This document shows positions 31,820-43,284 of a stretch of DNA of 64,000 nucleotides, in pieces. Source of the DNA: Pseudomonadota bacterium. Lineage in GTDB: Bacteria; Pseudomonadota; Gammaproteobacteria; Burkholderiales; SG8-39. Location of the stretch: contig JAQBXT010000001.1 in the NCBI GenBank assembly GCA_027624175.1, forward strand, positions 32,842 through 96,841, read 5' to 3'. The notes beneath the pieces are model-generated. The model searched no databases. It worked only from the letters and a program-made list of their open reading frames with translations, and was not told the DNA's origin. Position 1 is the stretch's first letter. Each line of letters begins with the position of its first letter. The translations under genes were made by a program, and so were the position numbers.

Positions 31820-32959
31820 ATGGAGCACACCGGACTGAAACGACTATCCCTGGCGGGCACCGTTGGCCTGGCGCTTGCGGGCATCGCCACGATCTGGGGC
31901 GTTCCCCAGCCCGTGCAGGCGCAAGGCCAGCCGAAGAAAGTCGTGATGCGCTTCGCCGCCGACTTTCCGCCGCCGCCGCATCCGGCGGGTCTGGCGATGA
32001 AGTACTTCGCCGAGCGCCTGCCGCAGGTGATCCCCGGCAGCGAGGCGCGCCTGTACTTCGCCGGCGCGCTCTACACCGTGCCCGAGGCCTTCGAGGCCAT
32101 GCGCCAGGGCAACCTGGAGATGACGTGGATGCAGATCGGCAAGGCGGCGCCGGTCGACCAGTACATGCTGACGGTCGTCGGACCGGGCATCCTGACCACG
32201 GTCGGCGCAGTGGACAACCTGGACAAGACCTCGACCTACCAGATGCTGGTCGAGCGCATGGCGAAGAGCCAGCTCGTCAAGGTGTTCGGCGTGGGCCACA
32301 TGAGCTTCGGCATGGGCGTGGGCGGCAAGAAGCGCTACGCCAGCCCGGCGGACTTTGTCGGCAAGAAGGTGCGCAGCATGGGGCCCGCCGAGAATCCCGT
32401 GCTCGAGGCTTGGAAGGCGAACCCCGTAGTCATGGCGTTCGGCGAAGTGCCGAGCGCGATGGAATCGGGCGTGATCGACGGGCTGATGACCAGCCTCGGC
32501 GGCTGGAACAGCATGCGCGAGCAAGCCCCCTACTACACGATGGGTGGCGCGGGCGCGTTCGTCGGCGACTACTACATGGTGAGCGCGAGCCGGCGCTGGT
32601 GGGACCGCCTCAGCCCGGCGCAGCGCGGCGCGATGGAAAAGCTGGTCGCCGAGACCATCCAGGTGCAGAAGGAGTACAACTGGTGCTTCGACAAGATGGC
32701 CTATGAGAAGTACGGCACCAAGGACCCGTCGAAGCCCGGCGTGTACTGGATGAGCCCCGAGGAAGTGTCGGCCATGGTGAACGCCATGGGCGACGCCGCG
32801 GTGCGCTACGTGAAGAGCAAGACGCCGCCGGCAGCCGCGCCCTGGGTCGACAAGTTCGTGCAGGAGGGCCGCGCGCTGTCCAAGCAGCACCCGAGCGGCT
32901 CGTCCTGGATCGAGAAGGTGGACTGCTCGAAGCACGCCTCGGTCATCAAAATCAAGTAA
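31820..32959 (+). CDS. TRAP transporter substrate-binding protein DctP
   Basis: Signal peptide, GKKVRSMG, MAFGEVPSAMESGVIDG; strong RBS. Confidence 0.88.
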   Translation: MEHTGLKRLSLAGTVGLALAGIATIWGVPQPVQAQGQPKKVVMRFAADFPPPPHPAGLAMKYFAERLPQVIPGSEARLYFAGALYTVPEAFEAMRQGNLEMTWMQIGKAAPVDQYMLTVVGPGILTTVGAVDNLDKTSTYQMLVERMAKSQLVKVFGVGHMSFGMGVGGKKRYASPADFVGKKVRSMGPAENPVLEAWKANPVVMAFGEVPSAMESGVIDGLMTSLGGWNSMREQAPYYTMGGAGAFVGDYYMVSASRRWWDRLSPAQRGAMEKLVAETIQVQKEYNWCFDKMAYEKYGTKDPSKPGVYWMSPEEVSAMVNAMGDAAVRYVKSKTPPAAAPWVDKFVQEGRALSKQHPSGSSWIEKVDCSKHASVIKIK

Positions 32960-33511
32960 GTGGAGAAGGCCTACGCGGTCTGGCGCGCGTTCCAGGACCA
33001 GGTCCTGGCGCGTGCCGCCGCGTACCTGCTCATCGGCTGCACGCTGCTCGCGCTCGTCGAGGTGGTGCGGCGCTACGTGTTCGGCTTTTCCTTCGAATGG
33101 CAGCAGGACGCCGTCACGTTCTTCATCCTGAGCGGCGTGTTCCTGTACTTCGCCATCTCGCAGCGCCATAACGAGCACCTGAACGTCACGGCGGTGCTCG
33201 ATGCCGTGCGGGCGCTCGGGCCGCGCGGCCGCAAGGTGGCCGAGGTGGTCAGGTTGCTGGCGCTGGTCGCGTCTTTCCTGTTCATGTGTGCCGTCGTCTG
33301 GTGGGGCTTTCCGGAGGTGCGCGAAAACCAGCACTATGCCACCCGCACGGAAAGCCTTGCCTTTCCGATGTGGCCGTTCCTGGCGGCGCTGCTGCTCGGC
33401 TTCGCTTTCATGGGCGTGACCATGCTGTTCCAGATCTGGTTCGAGATCCAGAAACTGCGCGGTCGCGAAGTCCCCGAGGAAGCGCCGGTCCTCGATCGCA
33501 TGCCCGACTGA
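32960..33511 (+). CDS. TRAP transporter small permease DctQ
   Basis: Four TM helices, VRRY, EHLNV. Confidence 0.85.
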   Translation: MEKAYAVWRAFQDQVLARAAAYLLIGCTLLALVEVVRRYVFGFSFEWQQDAVTFFILSGVFLYFAISQRHNEHLNVTAVLDAVRALGPRGRKVAEVVRLLALVASFLFMCAVVWWGFPEVRENQHYATRTESLAFPMWPFLAALLLGFAFMGVTMLFQIWFEIQKLRGREVPEEAPVLDRMPD

Positions 33512-33523
33512 GCGGCAAGCCTG

Positions 33524-34807
33524 ATGCATTTCGTCGGAATCCTGGTGCTGGTGCTGCTCGTGCTGAGCGTGCCGATCGGCATCGCGCTCAGCGCGGCGAG
33601 CGCGGCCTACATCCTCATCGACCCGCTGCTCGAGCCGGTGGTCATCTTCAAGGCCTTTTTCAGCTTCATCGGCCGCTACTCGCTGATGGCGATCCCGCTG
33701 TTCATCTACGCGGGCTTCCTCATGGAGCGCACGGGACTGGTGGGGCAATTGTTCCGCTTCGCCGATGCGCTGGTCGGCTGGCTGCCCGGGGGCTTCGGCG
33801 TCGCCACGGTTCTCGCCTGCGTGCTGTTCGGGGCGATTTCGGGTTCGAGCGTTGCAATGGCCGCGGCGATGAGCGTGATCGCCATTCCGGAAATGACCAA
33901 GCGCGGCTATCCGGCATGGTTCGCCGGGGGCCTGGTCGCCACCGCGGGCGGCATTGCCATGCTCATTCCGCCGAGCATCATTCTCATTCTGTACGGCATC
34001 GTCACCGAGACTTCGATCGTGGCCCTGTTTTTCGCCGGCGTGGTGCCGGGACTGCTGCTCGCGCTCGGCAACGCGCTCAGCGTCATCGTCATCGCCTCGA
34101 TCCTGAAGCTGCCGCGCGGCAGTTTCAGCGGGCGACGGCTGCGGGTCGAGTTCGGGCGCTCGGCGCCCGCCCTCGGCATGCCGGTGGTGATCCTTGGCGG
34201 ACTGTACGGCGGCCTTTTCACGCCGACCGAGGCTGCGGCCGCCGCCTGCGGCTACGCGCTGCTCTACGGGTTGATCATGGAGCGGGGCAAGTTCATTCTC
34301 GGCCTGGTGCCGACCGCCTGCCGGGCGCTCAACCTGACGGCGGTGGTGTTGTTCCTCGTCGGCAGCGTGGGGGTGTTCCAGTTCCTCGCCGCCAACCTGT
34401 ATTGGCCGCAGAAGATCACGGAAACAGTCATCGGCTGGGGCCTGACGCAGACCGGCTTTATTTTCGCCTTCATGGGCGTGCTGCTGCTGCTTGGAATGTT
34501 CGTGGACGGCATCGCCATGGTGCTGCTCACGGTGCCCGTGGTGTTCCCGGTCGCCGTCGCCCTCAAGATCGACCCGATACACCTTGGGATCATGCTCACC
34601 CTGGCCGTGGAGATGAGCGTGGTCACGCCGCCCGTGGGCCTGAACCTGTTCGCGGTGAGCGGCACCGCGAAAATCCCGATTACCCAGGTCATACGCGGCT
34701 CGGTGCCATTCTTCTTGTCGGACTTCCTGGTATTGATCCTGGTGATCTTCTTCCCGATCCTCGCCACCTGGCTGCCAAGCGTGCTGGTGACGAGCGTCTT
34801 CAAGTAG
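33524..34807 (+). CDS. TRAP transporter large permease DctM
   Basis: AIPLF, ISGSSVA, LIPPSI, FTPTEAA, TPPVGLNLF. Confidence 0.93.
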   Translation: MHFVGILVLVLLVLSVPIGIALSAASAAYILIDPLLEPVVIFKAFFSFIGRYSLMAIPLFIYAGFLMERTGLVGQLFRFADALVGWLPGGFGVATVLACVLFGAISGSSVAMAAAMSVIAIPEMTKRGYPAWFAGGLVATAGGIAMLIPPSIILILYGIVTETSIVALFFAGVVPGLLLALGNALSVIVIASILKLPRGSFSGRRLRVEFGRSAPALGMPVVILGGLYGGLFTPTEAAAAACGYALLYGLIMERGKFILGLVPTACRALNLTAVVLFLVGSVGVFQFLAANLYWPQKITETVIGWGLTQTGFIFAFMGVLLLLGMFVDGIAMVLLTVPVVFPVAVALKIDPIHLGIMLTLAVEMSVVTPPVGLNLFAVSGTAKIPITQVIRGSVPFFLSDFLVLILVIFFPILATWLPSVLVTSVFK

Positions 34808-34810
34808 CGC

Positions 34811-35632
34811 CTAGTCCAGCGCGGCGCGGTCCGCGGCGGAGAGTTCCAGCGCGGCGGCCGCCGCGTTCTCCTCCAGATGCTCCAGGTTGCCCGTGCCCGG
34901 GATCGGCAGAACGACGGGCGATCGCGCCAGCAACCAGGCGAGCGCTATCTGCGCGGGCGATGCGCTAATTCGCGCCGCCACCTGCTTCACTTTCGGCCAT
35001 TGCAGCGCGGAGCCGGCGCCCAGCGGGTACCACGGCAGGAAGGCGATGCCGAGGCGCTCACAGGCCTGCAGCACCGTCTCCGACGCCCTATCGACGATGT
35101 TGTAGCTGTTCTGCACCGAGACCACGGTCGCGATGCGCCGTGCCTCGTCCAGCTGGGCCACCGACACATTCGACAGGCCGAGGTGGCGGATCTTCCCCGC
35201 CTGCTGAAGCGCGGCAAGTGCGCCGAAAGAATCTGCAAAGGGGACCTTGGGGTCCGGCGCATGCCACTGGTACAGGTCGATGCGCTCCAGCCTGAGGCGC
35301 GTGAGGCTGCCTTCCAGCGCGCGCCGCAGATGCTCTGGCCGGCCGTCCGGATCCCAACGCGGGGCGCTGGGGCGCACAAGCCCGCCCTTGGTGCCGATGA
35401 CCAGATCCTTGGGGTAGGGGTGCAGCGCCTCGGCGATGAGCGTCTCGCTGACCTCGGGACCGTAGCTGTCGGCGGTATCGAAAAAATTGTGCCCCAGCTC
35501 GTAGGCGCGCCGCAGCACCTGCAGCGCATTGGCGCGGTCCTGCGGCGGGCCCCAGACCTGCGGACCGCAGACGCGCATGGCGCCGAAGCCGAGGCGGTTC
35601 ACGGACAGGTTGCCGATCGGGAGGGTGCTCAT
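34811..35632 (-). CDS. Aldo/keto reductase
   Basis: [30 protein letters not shown]. Confidence 0.93.
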   Translation of the reverse strand: MSTLPIGNLSVNRLGFGAMRVCGPQVWGPPQDRANALQVLRRAYELGHNFFDTADSYGPEVSETLIAEALHPYPKDLVIGTKGGLVRPSAPRWDPDGRPEHLRRALEGSLTRLRLERIDLYQWHAPDPKVPFADSFGALAALQQAGKIRHLGLSNVSVAQLDEARRIATVVSVQNSYNIVDRASETVLQACERLGIAFLPWYPLGAGSALQWPKVKQVAARISASPAQIALAWLLARSPVVLPIPGTGNLEHLEENAAAAALELSAADRAALD

Positions 35633-36798
35633 GTCCGCCTCATCAGTGGGCGCATGGCGAGAAGCCCGATTGCCGGTCCCGGCGCCAGCAGGAGAAAAAT
35701 GTACTGTACCGGCAGCCACGCAACTGCCGTGTTCAACAACTGGATGCTGAAGATGGTGATGGCGAAACCGATGCAATTGACGATGGTGAGCGCGGAGCCG
35801 ACGAGCTCGCGCGGCGCGTTCGCGGCGTTGAGTGCCGAGAACTGGGGCGAATCGCCCACGACCGCCACGCCCCACAGCAGCAGGAAGGCGAGGAACAGCG
35901 GCGCGGGCGCGGCGAACAACAGCGGCGACAGCAGGCAGCAGACGCCGGAGACGGCGAGTTGCGCGTAAGCGACGCGTGCGCTGCCCGCGCGCAGCGACAC
36001 CAGCCCGCCTCCTGCGCATCCGGCTGCGCCCACCCCGATCACTGCGAAAGTCCAGAGGGACACGTTGCCTGCGTCCGGGCGCGAGGCGAGCAGCAACGGC
36101 ACGAATGCCCAGAACGCATACAGCTCCCACATGTGCCCGAAGTAGCCGAAGGCGGACGCGCGGAAGCTGCGCGAGCGGAACACGGAGGCGAGCGCGGCCG
36201 GATGGAACTTCGCGCCCTTGCCGAGATATGGCCCGTCCGGGACCAGCCGGTACATCAGCACGCCGCCGAGGGCACAAAGTGCCGAGACGCCCAGCAGCAC
36301 GGTCTCCCACGGCCAGGACTGGCCCAGGCCCTTCAGCAGGTGCGGAAACGCAGTACCTAGGACCAGCGCGCCCACCAGCAGGCCGAGCGCGTTGCCGAGA
36401 TCCTTCTGGTACCAGCCCGACGCGATCTTCATCCCTACCGGGTAAATCCCGGCGAGGAAGAACCCGGTTGCGAAGCGCGTCGCAAGCAGCGCGGCAAAGT
36501 TGCCGTCGACGACGTAGGCGCCAAGGTTGGCGAGCGCGCCCAGCAGCGAACAGATCAGGTACACGAGGCGCGGCGAATAGCGGTCGGCGATGGCGAGAAA
36601 CGCGAATGTCAGGGTACCGGCGATGAATCCAAGCTGTACCGCGGAGGTGACGTAGCCGAGCGCCGACTCTGGAAGACCCCACTGCCGTTGCAGGTCGCCG
36701 AGCACGGCGTTGCCGGCGAACCAGATCGCCACGCCGGCGAACTGCGCGGCGACGATCGCCGGAAGAATACGCGCGGGCCGCGGCGGACTGTCGGTCAC
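35629..36798 (-). CDS. MFS transporter
   Basis: About 12 TM helices, [30 protein letters not shown]. Confidence 0.9.
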   Translation of the reverse strand: MTDSPPRPARILPAIVAAQFAGVAIWFAGNAVLGDLQRQWGLPESALGYVTSAVQLGFIAGTLTFAFLAIADRYSPRLVYLICSLLGALANLGAYVVDGNFAALLATRFATGFFLAGIYPVGMKIASGWYQKDLGNALGLLVGALVLGTAFPHLLKGLGQSWPWETVLLGVSALCALGGVLMYRLVPDGPYLGKGAKFHPAALASVFRSRSFRASAFGYFGHMWELYAFWAFVPLLLASRPDAGNVSLWTFAVIGVGAAGCAGGGLVSLRAGSARVAYAQLAVSGVCCLLSPLLFAAPAPLFLAFLLLWGVAVVGDSPQFSALNAANAPRELVGSALTIVNCIGFAITIFSIQLLNTAVAWLPVQYIFLLLAPGPAIGLLAMRPLMRRT

Positions 36799-36825
36799 TT
36801 GAGGGGAGGCTATCATTGGCGATCC

Positions 36826-37576
36826 ATGAAGACCAAGCATGAAACCGTGCGCGGCTGGGTCGGCGACGCCAGCAGGATCGTGGCACTCACCGGCGCCGGC
36901 ATCTCCACCGATTCCGGGATTCCGGATTTCCGCGGCCCGCAGGGCGTGTGGACGAAGAATCCCAAGGCCGAGAAACTCTCCGACATCCGCTACTACATGA
37001 GCGACCCGGAGGTGCGGCGGCTTTCCTGGCAGAGCCGCCTCGGGCATACGGCATGGCAGGCGCAGCCGAATGCCGGCCACCAGGCGCTGGTGGAGCTGGA
37101 ACAGCGGGGCAAGCTGCACGCGCTGATCACGCAGAACATCGACGAGCTGCACCAGATTGCCGGCAACTCACCGGAGAAAGTCGTCGAGGTGCACGGCACC
37201 ATGCGCAAGGTGGTGTGCATGAGCTGCGGCGAGCGGCGCGCCCATGGAGAAGGCGCTGGCGCGCGTGCGGGCGGGGGAGGACGATCCGCCGTGCCGCAGC
37301 TGCGGCGGGATCCTCAAGAGCGCCACAGTCTCCTTCGGCCAGCAGCTGGTGCCCGAGGTCATCGACCGTGCCATGCAGGCGTCGGCCGAGGCCGACCTGT
37401 TCCTGTCGGTGGGCACCAGCCTGCAGGTCTACCCGATCGCGGGTGCGGTGCAGATTGCCAAGCGCGCCGGCGCGCGCCTGGTGATCGTGAACGCCGAGCC
37501 GACGCCGTTCGACGAGCTGGCCGAGGCGGTGTTCAACGAGTCGATCAGCCAGGTGCTGCCGAAGCTGCTGGCCTAA
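36826..37576 (+). pseudogene. cobB: Sir2-family NAD-dependent deacylase with a +1 frameshift (possibly an assembly error)
   Basis: [29 protein letters not shown]; after an extra G at ~37236 continues CRSC...[14 protein letters not shown]. Confidence 0.8.
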
Positions 37577-38325
37577 CCGCGTCCCACGAACGGCATTTTG
37601 GTCGCCATCACTGTTATGGTGAGGACGTTCGACTCGAGCGGCAGGCCCGCCATGTAGACGACGGCGTCGGCGACATGCTGCACATCCATGCGCGGCTCGA
37701 TCATGCTGGTGCCGTTGGGCTGCGGCACGCCTTTGAGCATGCGCTCGGTCATCGGCGTTGCGGCATTGCCGATGTCGATCTGGCAGCCGCAGATGTCGTG
37801 CGCGCGGCCATCCAGCGCGATGCACTTGGTGAGTCCGGTGACGGCGTGCTTGGTCGAGGTGTAGGCCACGGAAAACGGCCGCGGCGCGTGCGCCGAGATG
37901 GAGCCGTTGTTGATGATGCGCCCGCCCTGGGGCTTCTGGCTCTTGAATGCGCGGAAGGCCTCCTGCACGCACAGGAACATGCCGTTCAGGTTGACGTCCA
38001 CCACTTCCTTCCATTTTTCGTAGGGCAGCTCGTCCATCGGCACGGGCGGCGCACCCATGCCGGCGTTGTTGAACAGCAGGTCCAGGCGCCCGAACTTCTC
38101 CGTCGTTTTCGCGAACAGGTTCTTCACGGATTCGGGCTTGCTTACGTCGGTGGCGACGGCGAGTGCCTTGTCGGCGCCGCACTCGGCGACGATTTTGTCC
38201 AGCAGATCGGCGCGACGCGCGGCGAAGGCGACTTTCCAGCCCGCCTTCACCAGCGCCATGCCGGCGGCCTGGCCGATGCCGGTGGAGGCGCCGGTGACGA
38301 TTGCGACTTTGTTCTGGGCTGCCAT
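37573..38325 (-). CDS. Short-chain dehydrogenase/reductase
   Basis: [24 protein letters not shown]. Confidence 0.93.
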   Translation of the reverse strand: MAAQNKVAIVTGASTGIGQAAGMALVKAGWKVAFAARRADLLDKIVAECGADKALAVATDVSKPESVKNLFAKTTEKFGRLDLLFNNAGMGAPPVPMDELPYEKWKEVVDVNLNGMFLCVQEAFRAFKSQKPQGGRIINNGSISAHAPRPFSVAYTSTKHAVTGLTKCIALDGRAHDICGCQIDIGNAATPMTERMLKGVPQPNGTSMIEPRMDVQHVADAVVYMAGLPLESNVLTITVMATKMPFVGRG

Positions 38326-38355
38326 GCTAATTTCTCCCCTATGGTGAAGCGGGCG

Positions 38356-38850
38356 ATGCTACCGCAAGTCCGGTTGCGCAAACACCGTCCGGGCGACCTG
38401 GGATGGGTGGTGCAGCGCCATGGCGAGCTGTACTGGGAAGAGTACGGCTACGATGAGCGCTTCGAGGCGCTGGTGGCGGGTATCGTGGCGCGGTTCGTCG
38501 AGAACTTCGATGCTCGGCGCGAGCGCTGCTGGATCGCGGAGCGCGGCGGAGAGCGCCTCGGAGCGGTGATTCTCGTAAAGCAGTCGCCGCGCGTGGCAAG
38601 GCTGCGGCTCCTGATCGTAGAGCACGCGGCACGTGGCCTCGGCCTGGGCAAACGCTTGGTCGCCGCGTGCATCCGTTTCGCCCGCGCGGCCGGATATAGC
38701 AAGTTGGCGCTGTGGACGCAGAGCGAACTGGAGGCCGCGCGGGCGATCTATGAAAAGCTCGGCTTCCGCAAGGTGCGCGTCGAGCCGCATCGCAGCTTCG
38801 GCAAGTCGCTGATCGGGGAATACTGGGAGCTAGACCTCAAGCGCAGCTGA
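38356..38850 (+). CDS. GNAT family N-acetyltransferase
   Basis: [33 protein letters not shown]. Confidence 0.88.
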   Translation: MLPQVRLRKHRPGDLGWVVQRHGELYWEEYGYDERFEALVAGIVARFVENFDARRERCWIAERGGERLGAVILVKQSPRVARLRLLIVEHAARGLGLGKRLVAACIRFARAAGYSKLALWTQSELEAARAIYEKLGFRKVRVEPHRSFGKSLIGEYWELDLKRS

Positions 38851-39075
38851 CAGCGCGCGGATCTCTTCCTCGATCGAGGGCTTGGCCGGGAACTCGCGCT
38901 TGGCTTCCCGGTACCAGTAGCGCGCATTCGACGTATCGCCCTCCATCAGGTGCACGATGCCGTGCGCCCAGCAGGCCAGCGGCGACTCCTCGTCCTTCTG
39001 CACGATCAGGTGCGCGGCTTCCCAATCGCCTTTGCGCATCAGGCCCAGCGCCTTCGACAGATCGTCCTTCTTCAT
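38830..39075 (-). CDS. Conserved small hypothetical protein
   Basis: WEAAHLIVQ...[19 protein letters not shown]; coupled to the VOC gene. Confidence 0.75.
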   Translation of the reverse strand: MKKDDLSKALGLMRKGDWEAAHLIVQKDEESPLACWAHGIVHLMEGDTSNARYWYREAKREFPAKPSIEEEIRALSAALEV

Positions 39076-39494
39076 GACGGCGGCGCCTGGCCGTCCGACG
39101 GGCCTTTCAACTCCACCGTGTTGCCCTCGGGGTCGGTCAAGTAGATGGAAATGCCGTTGCCTTCGGCACCGTAGCGGCGGCGGATCTCGCCGACTTCGAT
39201 TCCGTGGCGCTTCAAGTGGGCGACGATCGCCTCCTGGTCGAAAGGCTCGACGCGCAGGCACAGGTGGTCGAGGTTGCGGCCCTCGCGGCCGGGCGCGGCG
39301 CCGCCCGCCTTGCCGAGCTTTCCGTCCACCGTGATGAGGTCGATCATCGAGCGGCCGACTTTCAGATGCGACATGCCGAATTCGGGCCGCCAGGCGACGT
39401 GCGTCGCGCCCAGGACGTCGCAGTAGAAGCGGCGCATGGCCTCGATGTCGCGCACGCGCAGGACGAGATGGTCAATTTCGCGGACCGAGATCAT
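39072..39494 (-). CDS. VOC/glyoxalase family protein
   Basis: IDHLVL, NLDHLCL, SIYLTDPEGNTVEL. Confidence 0.92.
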   Translation of the reverse strand: MISVREIDHLVLRVRDIEAMRRFYCDVLGATHVAWRPEFGMSHLKVGRSMIDLITVDGKLGKAGGAAPGREGRNLDHLCLRVEPFDQEAIVAHLKRHGIEVGEIRRRYGAEGNGISIYLTDPEGNTVELKGPSDGQAPPS

Positions 39495-39513
39495 GGCCCG
39501 CTAATATAGCGCG

Positions 39514-40653
39514 ATGGGCAGCTACCACTATCTTCCCCTCGAGCGCGTCGTATTCGGCCAGCCGGCCGCGCAGGCTGCGGCCGAGGAGGTGGCGCGCATC
39601 GGTGCGCGCAAGGTGTTCGTCGTCGCCTCCAAGTCGCTTTCGCGAAAAACGGCGGCGATCCAGGAGATCCAGAGAGCGCTGGGCGAGCGCTACGCCGGCC
39701 TGTTCGATGAGTGCATCGCGCACACCCCCTGGCCGAGCGTGATCGCCGCGGCGGACGCGGTGCGCGCCGCCAATCCCGACCTGATCCTGACGGTGGGCGG
39801 CGGCACGCCGATCGACACGGTGAAGATCCTGCAAATCTGCCTCGCGCACGGTGCGCGCGTGCCGCAGGACCTGGAGCGCCTGCGCGCGCCAGACCTGAAG
39901 GAAACAAAAGCTTCGCCCGTGCGCCAGGTGGCGATCCCGACGACGCTTTCGGGCGCCGAGTTCTCCAATCTCGGCGGCGGCACCGATCCCCGGACGCGGA
40001 TCAAGCATTCGTTCACCGGCGCCGACATCGGTCCGCGCGCGGTGATCCTCGACCCGGCGATCACGCTGCACACGCCCGAATGGCTGTGGCTGTCCACCGG
40101 CATTCGCGGCGTCGACCACGCGGTGGAGGCGCTGTGCTCGGTGGACGCCCATCCATACTGCGACGGCCTCGCGCTGCACGCGCTGCGGCTGTTCGCCGAG
40201 GCGCTGCCGCGCACCCAGGCTGCGCCGCAGGACCTCGCCGCGCGGCTCCTGTGCCAGCAGGCCTCCTGGCTCGCAGCCTCGACCATCGCGCGCGTCAACT
40301 ACGGCGCGAGCCACGGCATTGGCCATGCGCTCGGCGCGGCCGCGGACGTGCCGCACGGGCACACGAGCTGCATCATGCTGCCGCACGTCCTGCGCTACAA
40401 CGAAGCGGCGACCACCGGAAAGCAAAAACTCATTGCCGAAGCGCTGGGTCAGCCGAAGAAATCGGCGGTGGACGCGGTCGCCGCGCTGGTGCGCGCGCTC
40501 GGCCAGCCCGCGACACTGCGCGAGGCGGGGGTGAAGCGCGAGCAGCTCGCCGCGGTCGCCGCCGCGTCGATGAAGAACCGCTGGGTGCTCGCCAACCCGC
40601 AGCCGATCCGCTCGGAGCAGGACGTGATGCGGCTGCTGGAGGCGGCTTGGTGA
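39514..40653 (+). CDS. Iron-containing alcohol dehydrogenase (maleylacetate reductase-like)
   Basis: GGGTPID, PTTLSG, DHAVE, HGIGH, HG. Confidence 0.9.
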   Translation: MGSYHYLPLERVVFGQPAAQAAAEEVARIGARKVFVVASKSLSRKTAAIQEIQRALGERYAGLFDECIAHTPWPSVIAAADAVRAANPDLILTVGGGTPIDTVKILQICLAHGARVPQDLERLRAPDLKETKASPVRQVAIPTTLSGAEFSNLGGGTDPRTRIKHSFTGADIGPRAVILDPAITLHTPEWLWLSTGIRGVDHAVEALCSVDAHPYCDGLALHALRLFAEALPRTQAAPQDLAARLLCQQASWLAASTIARVNYGASHGIGHALGAAADVPHGHTSCIMLPHVLRYNEAATTGKQKLIAEALGQPKKSAVDAVAALVRALGQPATLREAGVKREQLAAVAAASMKNRWVLANPQPIRSEQDVMRLLEAAW

Positions 40654-42170
40654 CCTACGACGAGAGCTACCGTTCGTTTCGCTGGCAGCTGCCCGAGACG
40701 TTCAATTTCGCTGCGGACGTCGTCGATGCGTGGGCAAAGGATGCGCAGAAGCTCGCGCTCTTGTGGTGCGACGAGTCCGGGAGAGAGGAGCGTTATACCT
40801 TCGCGAGAATCTCCGAGCTGTCTCGCCGGTTGGGTAGCGCCCTGCGCGCCCGCGGCCTGAAGAAAGGCGATCGCTGCATCGTCATGCTGCCGCGCCTGCC
40901 GCAGTGGCAGATCGCCATGGTCGGGTGCCTGCGCGTGGGCGTCATTCCCATACCGTGCATCGACATGCTTACCGCCAAGGACGTGAAGTTCCGGGTCGAG
41001 CATTCGGGGGCGGCGGGCGCGATCACGACGCGGCCGAACGTCGGCAAGTTTCCCGACCTGAAGCTGCGCCTCGTGGTGGGCGAAGATTTCGACGCGGCGC
41101 TCGATACTGCGGATCCCGACTGCCCGCCCGAGCGCATCGCCGCTGAGGACCCGGTGGCGATGTACTACACGTCCGGTTCCACGGGTAATCCGAAGGGCGT
41201 CACGCACGCGGCGCGCGCGCTGTATGCATGGCGGTTTTCATCGCAGCTCTGGCACGACTTGAAGTCTAACGATCTCATGTGGTGCACGGCCGATACGGGG
41301 TGGAGCAAGGCGGGCACCGCCATCCTTTTCGGGCCCTGGAGCTGCGGCGCGGCGGTGCTGTTCCATCGCGGCAAGTTCGATCCGGCCGAGCGCCTTCGCC
41401 TTCTCGCGAAGCACCGCGTCACGGTGTTCTGCGCGGCAGCGACGGAATTCCGGCGGCTGGTGAACGAGGACTTGTCCGCGTACGATCTCTCGGCGCTCCG
41501 GCTCACTGTGTCCGCAGGGGAGACCGTCAATCCGGAGATCGTGCGGCGCTGGCACGAGAAAAGCGGCGTGCCGCTGCTCGACGGCTACGGGCAGACGGAG
41601 ACGCTGATGACCGTGCTGAATTATCCGTTCCTGCCCGTGAAGCCCGGCTCGATGGGCAAGCCTCTTCCGGGCGTGGAAACCGCGATCCTCGACGGCCAGC
41701 TCGCCATCCGGCTGCCCAATCCGCAAATGATGCTCGGTTACTGGAACGAGCCCGAGCGCACCGCGGCCGGAAAGACGCGGGTCGGCGACACCGAATACTG
41801 GCTGACTGGAGACATGGTGCGCCAGGACGCGGACGGCTATCTCTTCTACGAGGGCCGCGCCGACGACATCATCAGCTCGGCGGGCTACCGCATCGGGCCG
41901 ATGGAGGTCGAGAACGCGCTCGCCGAGCATCCGGCGGTGCAGGAGAGCGCCGCCGTCGGCAAGCCGGATGCCGAACGCGGCGAGATCGTGAAGGCGTTTG
42001 TCGTATTAAGGGACGGAGTCGATGGCACGCCGCAACTCGCCGCCGAGCTGCAGGAGCACGTCAAGAAGTCGACCGCGCCCTACAAGTACCCGCGCGAGAT
42101 CGAGTTCATGGCGGAGCTGCCCAAGAACGCCTCGGGGAAACTGCTGCGACGGGTGTTGCGCGGGCGCTGA
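40650..42170 (+). CDS. Medium-chain acyl-CoA synthetase
   Basis: YTSGSTGNPKG, GYGQTE, GRADDII, PKNASGK; GTG overlapping the ADH stop. Confidence 0.9.
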   Translation: MTYDESYRSFRWQLPETFNFAADVVDAWAKDAQKLALLWCDESGREERYTFARISELSRRLGSALRARGLKKGDRCIVMLPRLPQWQIAMVGCLRVGVIPIPCIDMLTAKDVKFRVEHSGAAGAITTRPNVGKFPDLKLRLVVGEDFDAALDTADPDCPPERIAAEDPVAMYYTSGSTGNPKGVTHAARALYAWRFSSQLWHDLKSNDLMWCTADTGWSKAGTAILFGPWSCGAAVLFHRGKFDPAERLRLLAKHRVTVFCAAATEFRRLVNEDLSAYDLSALRLTVSAGETVNPEIVRRWHEKSGVPLLDGYGQTETLMTVLNYPFLPVKPGSMGKPLPGVETAILDGQLAIRLPNPQMMLGYWNEPERTAAGKTRVGDTEYWLTGDMVRQDADGYLFYEGRADDIISSAGYRIGPMEVENALAEHPAVQESAAVGKPDAERGEIVKAFVVLRDGVDGTPQLAAELQEHVKKSTAPYKYPREIEFMAELPKNASGKLLRRVLRGR

Positions 42171-42791
42171 CTACTCGCGCAGCTTGCGCGCCTCCTTCGC
42201 CATCGGGCGGTTCATGCTCGCATCCAGCCACGACTTGAACTTGGGGAACTTCTCCAGCAGCGGGAACTTGTTGAACCACATCGAGTAGCACACGCTCGCC
42301 ACCATGAAGTCGGCCATGCCCCAGTCCTTGCCGCTGAAGAACCGGTTCTTCGCCAGGTACTCCTCCATCACTTTCATCTTCGGCAGGATCTGCTGCTCCG
42401 CTTCGTCAGCGAGCTTGGCGATTCTCTGCTCAGGCGGCAGCATATGGCGGTGGCGCTGGAGCGTGATCATCGGCGGTTCGACGTCATTGGCGATGTAGAA
42501 CGCCCACTGCAGCATGCGCGCCTTGCCGGCCGCGTCCTGCGGCCAGAGCGGACTGTTGTACTTTTCGGCGAGATACAGATTGATCGCCGCCGATTCCCAC
42601 ATCACCAGGCCGTCGTCGTCGATGGTCGGCACGCGCTGATTCGGGTTGAGCGCCGCGTACCACGGCTCCTTGCAGGTGGCGCCCTCGACGTTGATGGTGA
42701 CGTTGTGGTGCTCGTAGGGAATGTTCGATTCCTTGCACAACCACGCCACGCGGAACGCGCGCGAACGGTACTGGCCGTAAAGCTTGAGCAT
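42171..42791 (-). CDS. Glutathione S-transferase
   Basis: SRAFRV, NPNQRVPT, WESAAI, MAD. Confidence 0.92.
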   Translation of the reverse strand: MLKLYGQYRSRAFRVAWLCKESNIPYEHHNVTINVEGATCKEPWYAALNPNQRVPTIDDDGLVMWESAAINLYLAEKYNSPLWPQDAAGKARMLQWAFYIANDVEPPMITLQRHRHMLPPEQRIAKLADEAEQQILPKMKVMEEYLAKNRFFSGKDWGMADFMVASVCYSMWFNKFPLLEKFPKFKSWLDASMNRPMAKEARKLRE

Positions 42792-42878
42792 GACTCCTCC
42801 GTGAGAATTGCCGATTGACAACCCTATTCTGCGAACGCAGACTGCATCGCGTCAATGCCGATTGTCGAAAGGATCGCA

Positions 42879-43283
42879 ATGAGCTCGACCAAACCGCACC
42901 TGGAGTTCGTCGGCGTGGACATGCAGGCCGGATGGACGTCGCCGGGAGCGAACTATCCGCCCGGCTTCTCGCAGAAGGTGCTCGCCTCGGATATTGACGA
43001 AACCGCAAAGCGCGGCAGCCGCACGCGCCTGCTGAAGATCGAGCCCGGCGCCTATTCCACCGCGCCTTTCGTGCACGACCACTGGGAGGAGGTGTTCCTG
43101 GTGCAGGGCGACCTGGTCGTGGGCAACGACGCCCAAGGCAAGGGCGGGCAGTCCTCGCAGGCCTTCACCTACGCCTGCCGGCCGCCGGGCGTGCGCCATG
43201 GACCATTTAGCAGCAAGAGCGGCTGCCTGCTCTACGAGATCCACTACTACGAGACCAGCGGCAAGCCGAGGCAGGGAGGCTGA
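42879..43283 (+). CDS. ChrR-like cupin domain protein
   Basis: HDHWEEV, CRPPGVRHGPF. Confidence 0.8.
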   Translation: MSSTKPHLEFVGVDMQAGWTSPGANYPPGFSQKVLASDIDETAKRGSRTRLLKIEPGAYSTAPFVHDHWEEVFLVQGDLVVGNDAQGKGGQSSQAFTYACRPPGVRHGPFSSKSGCLLYEIHYYETSGKPRQGG

Positions 43284-43284
43284 G

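Noticed and set aside
36688-38850. 720-aa ORF appearing to fuse Sir2 to a GNAT (possible defence or acetylation-switch fusion)
   Set aside because: Artefact of the +1 frameshift; the middle is antisense to an intact SDR gene, and the Sir2 is an ordinary CobB-type deacylase
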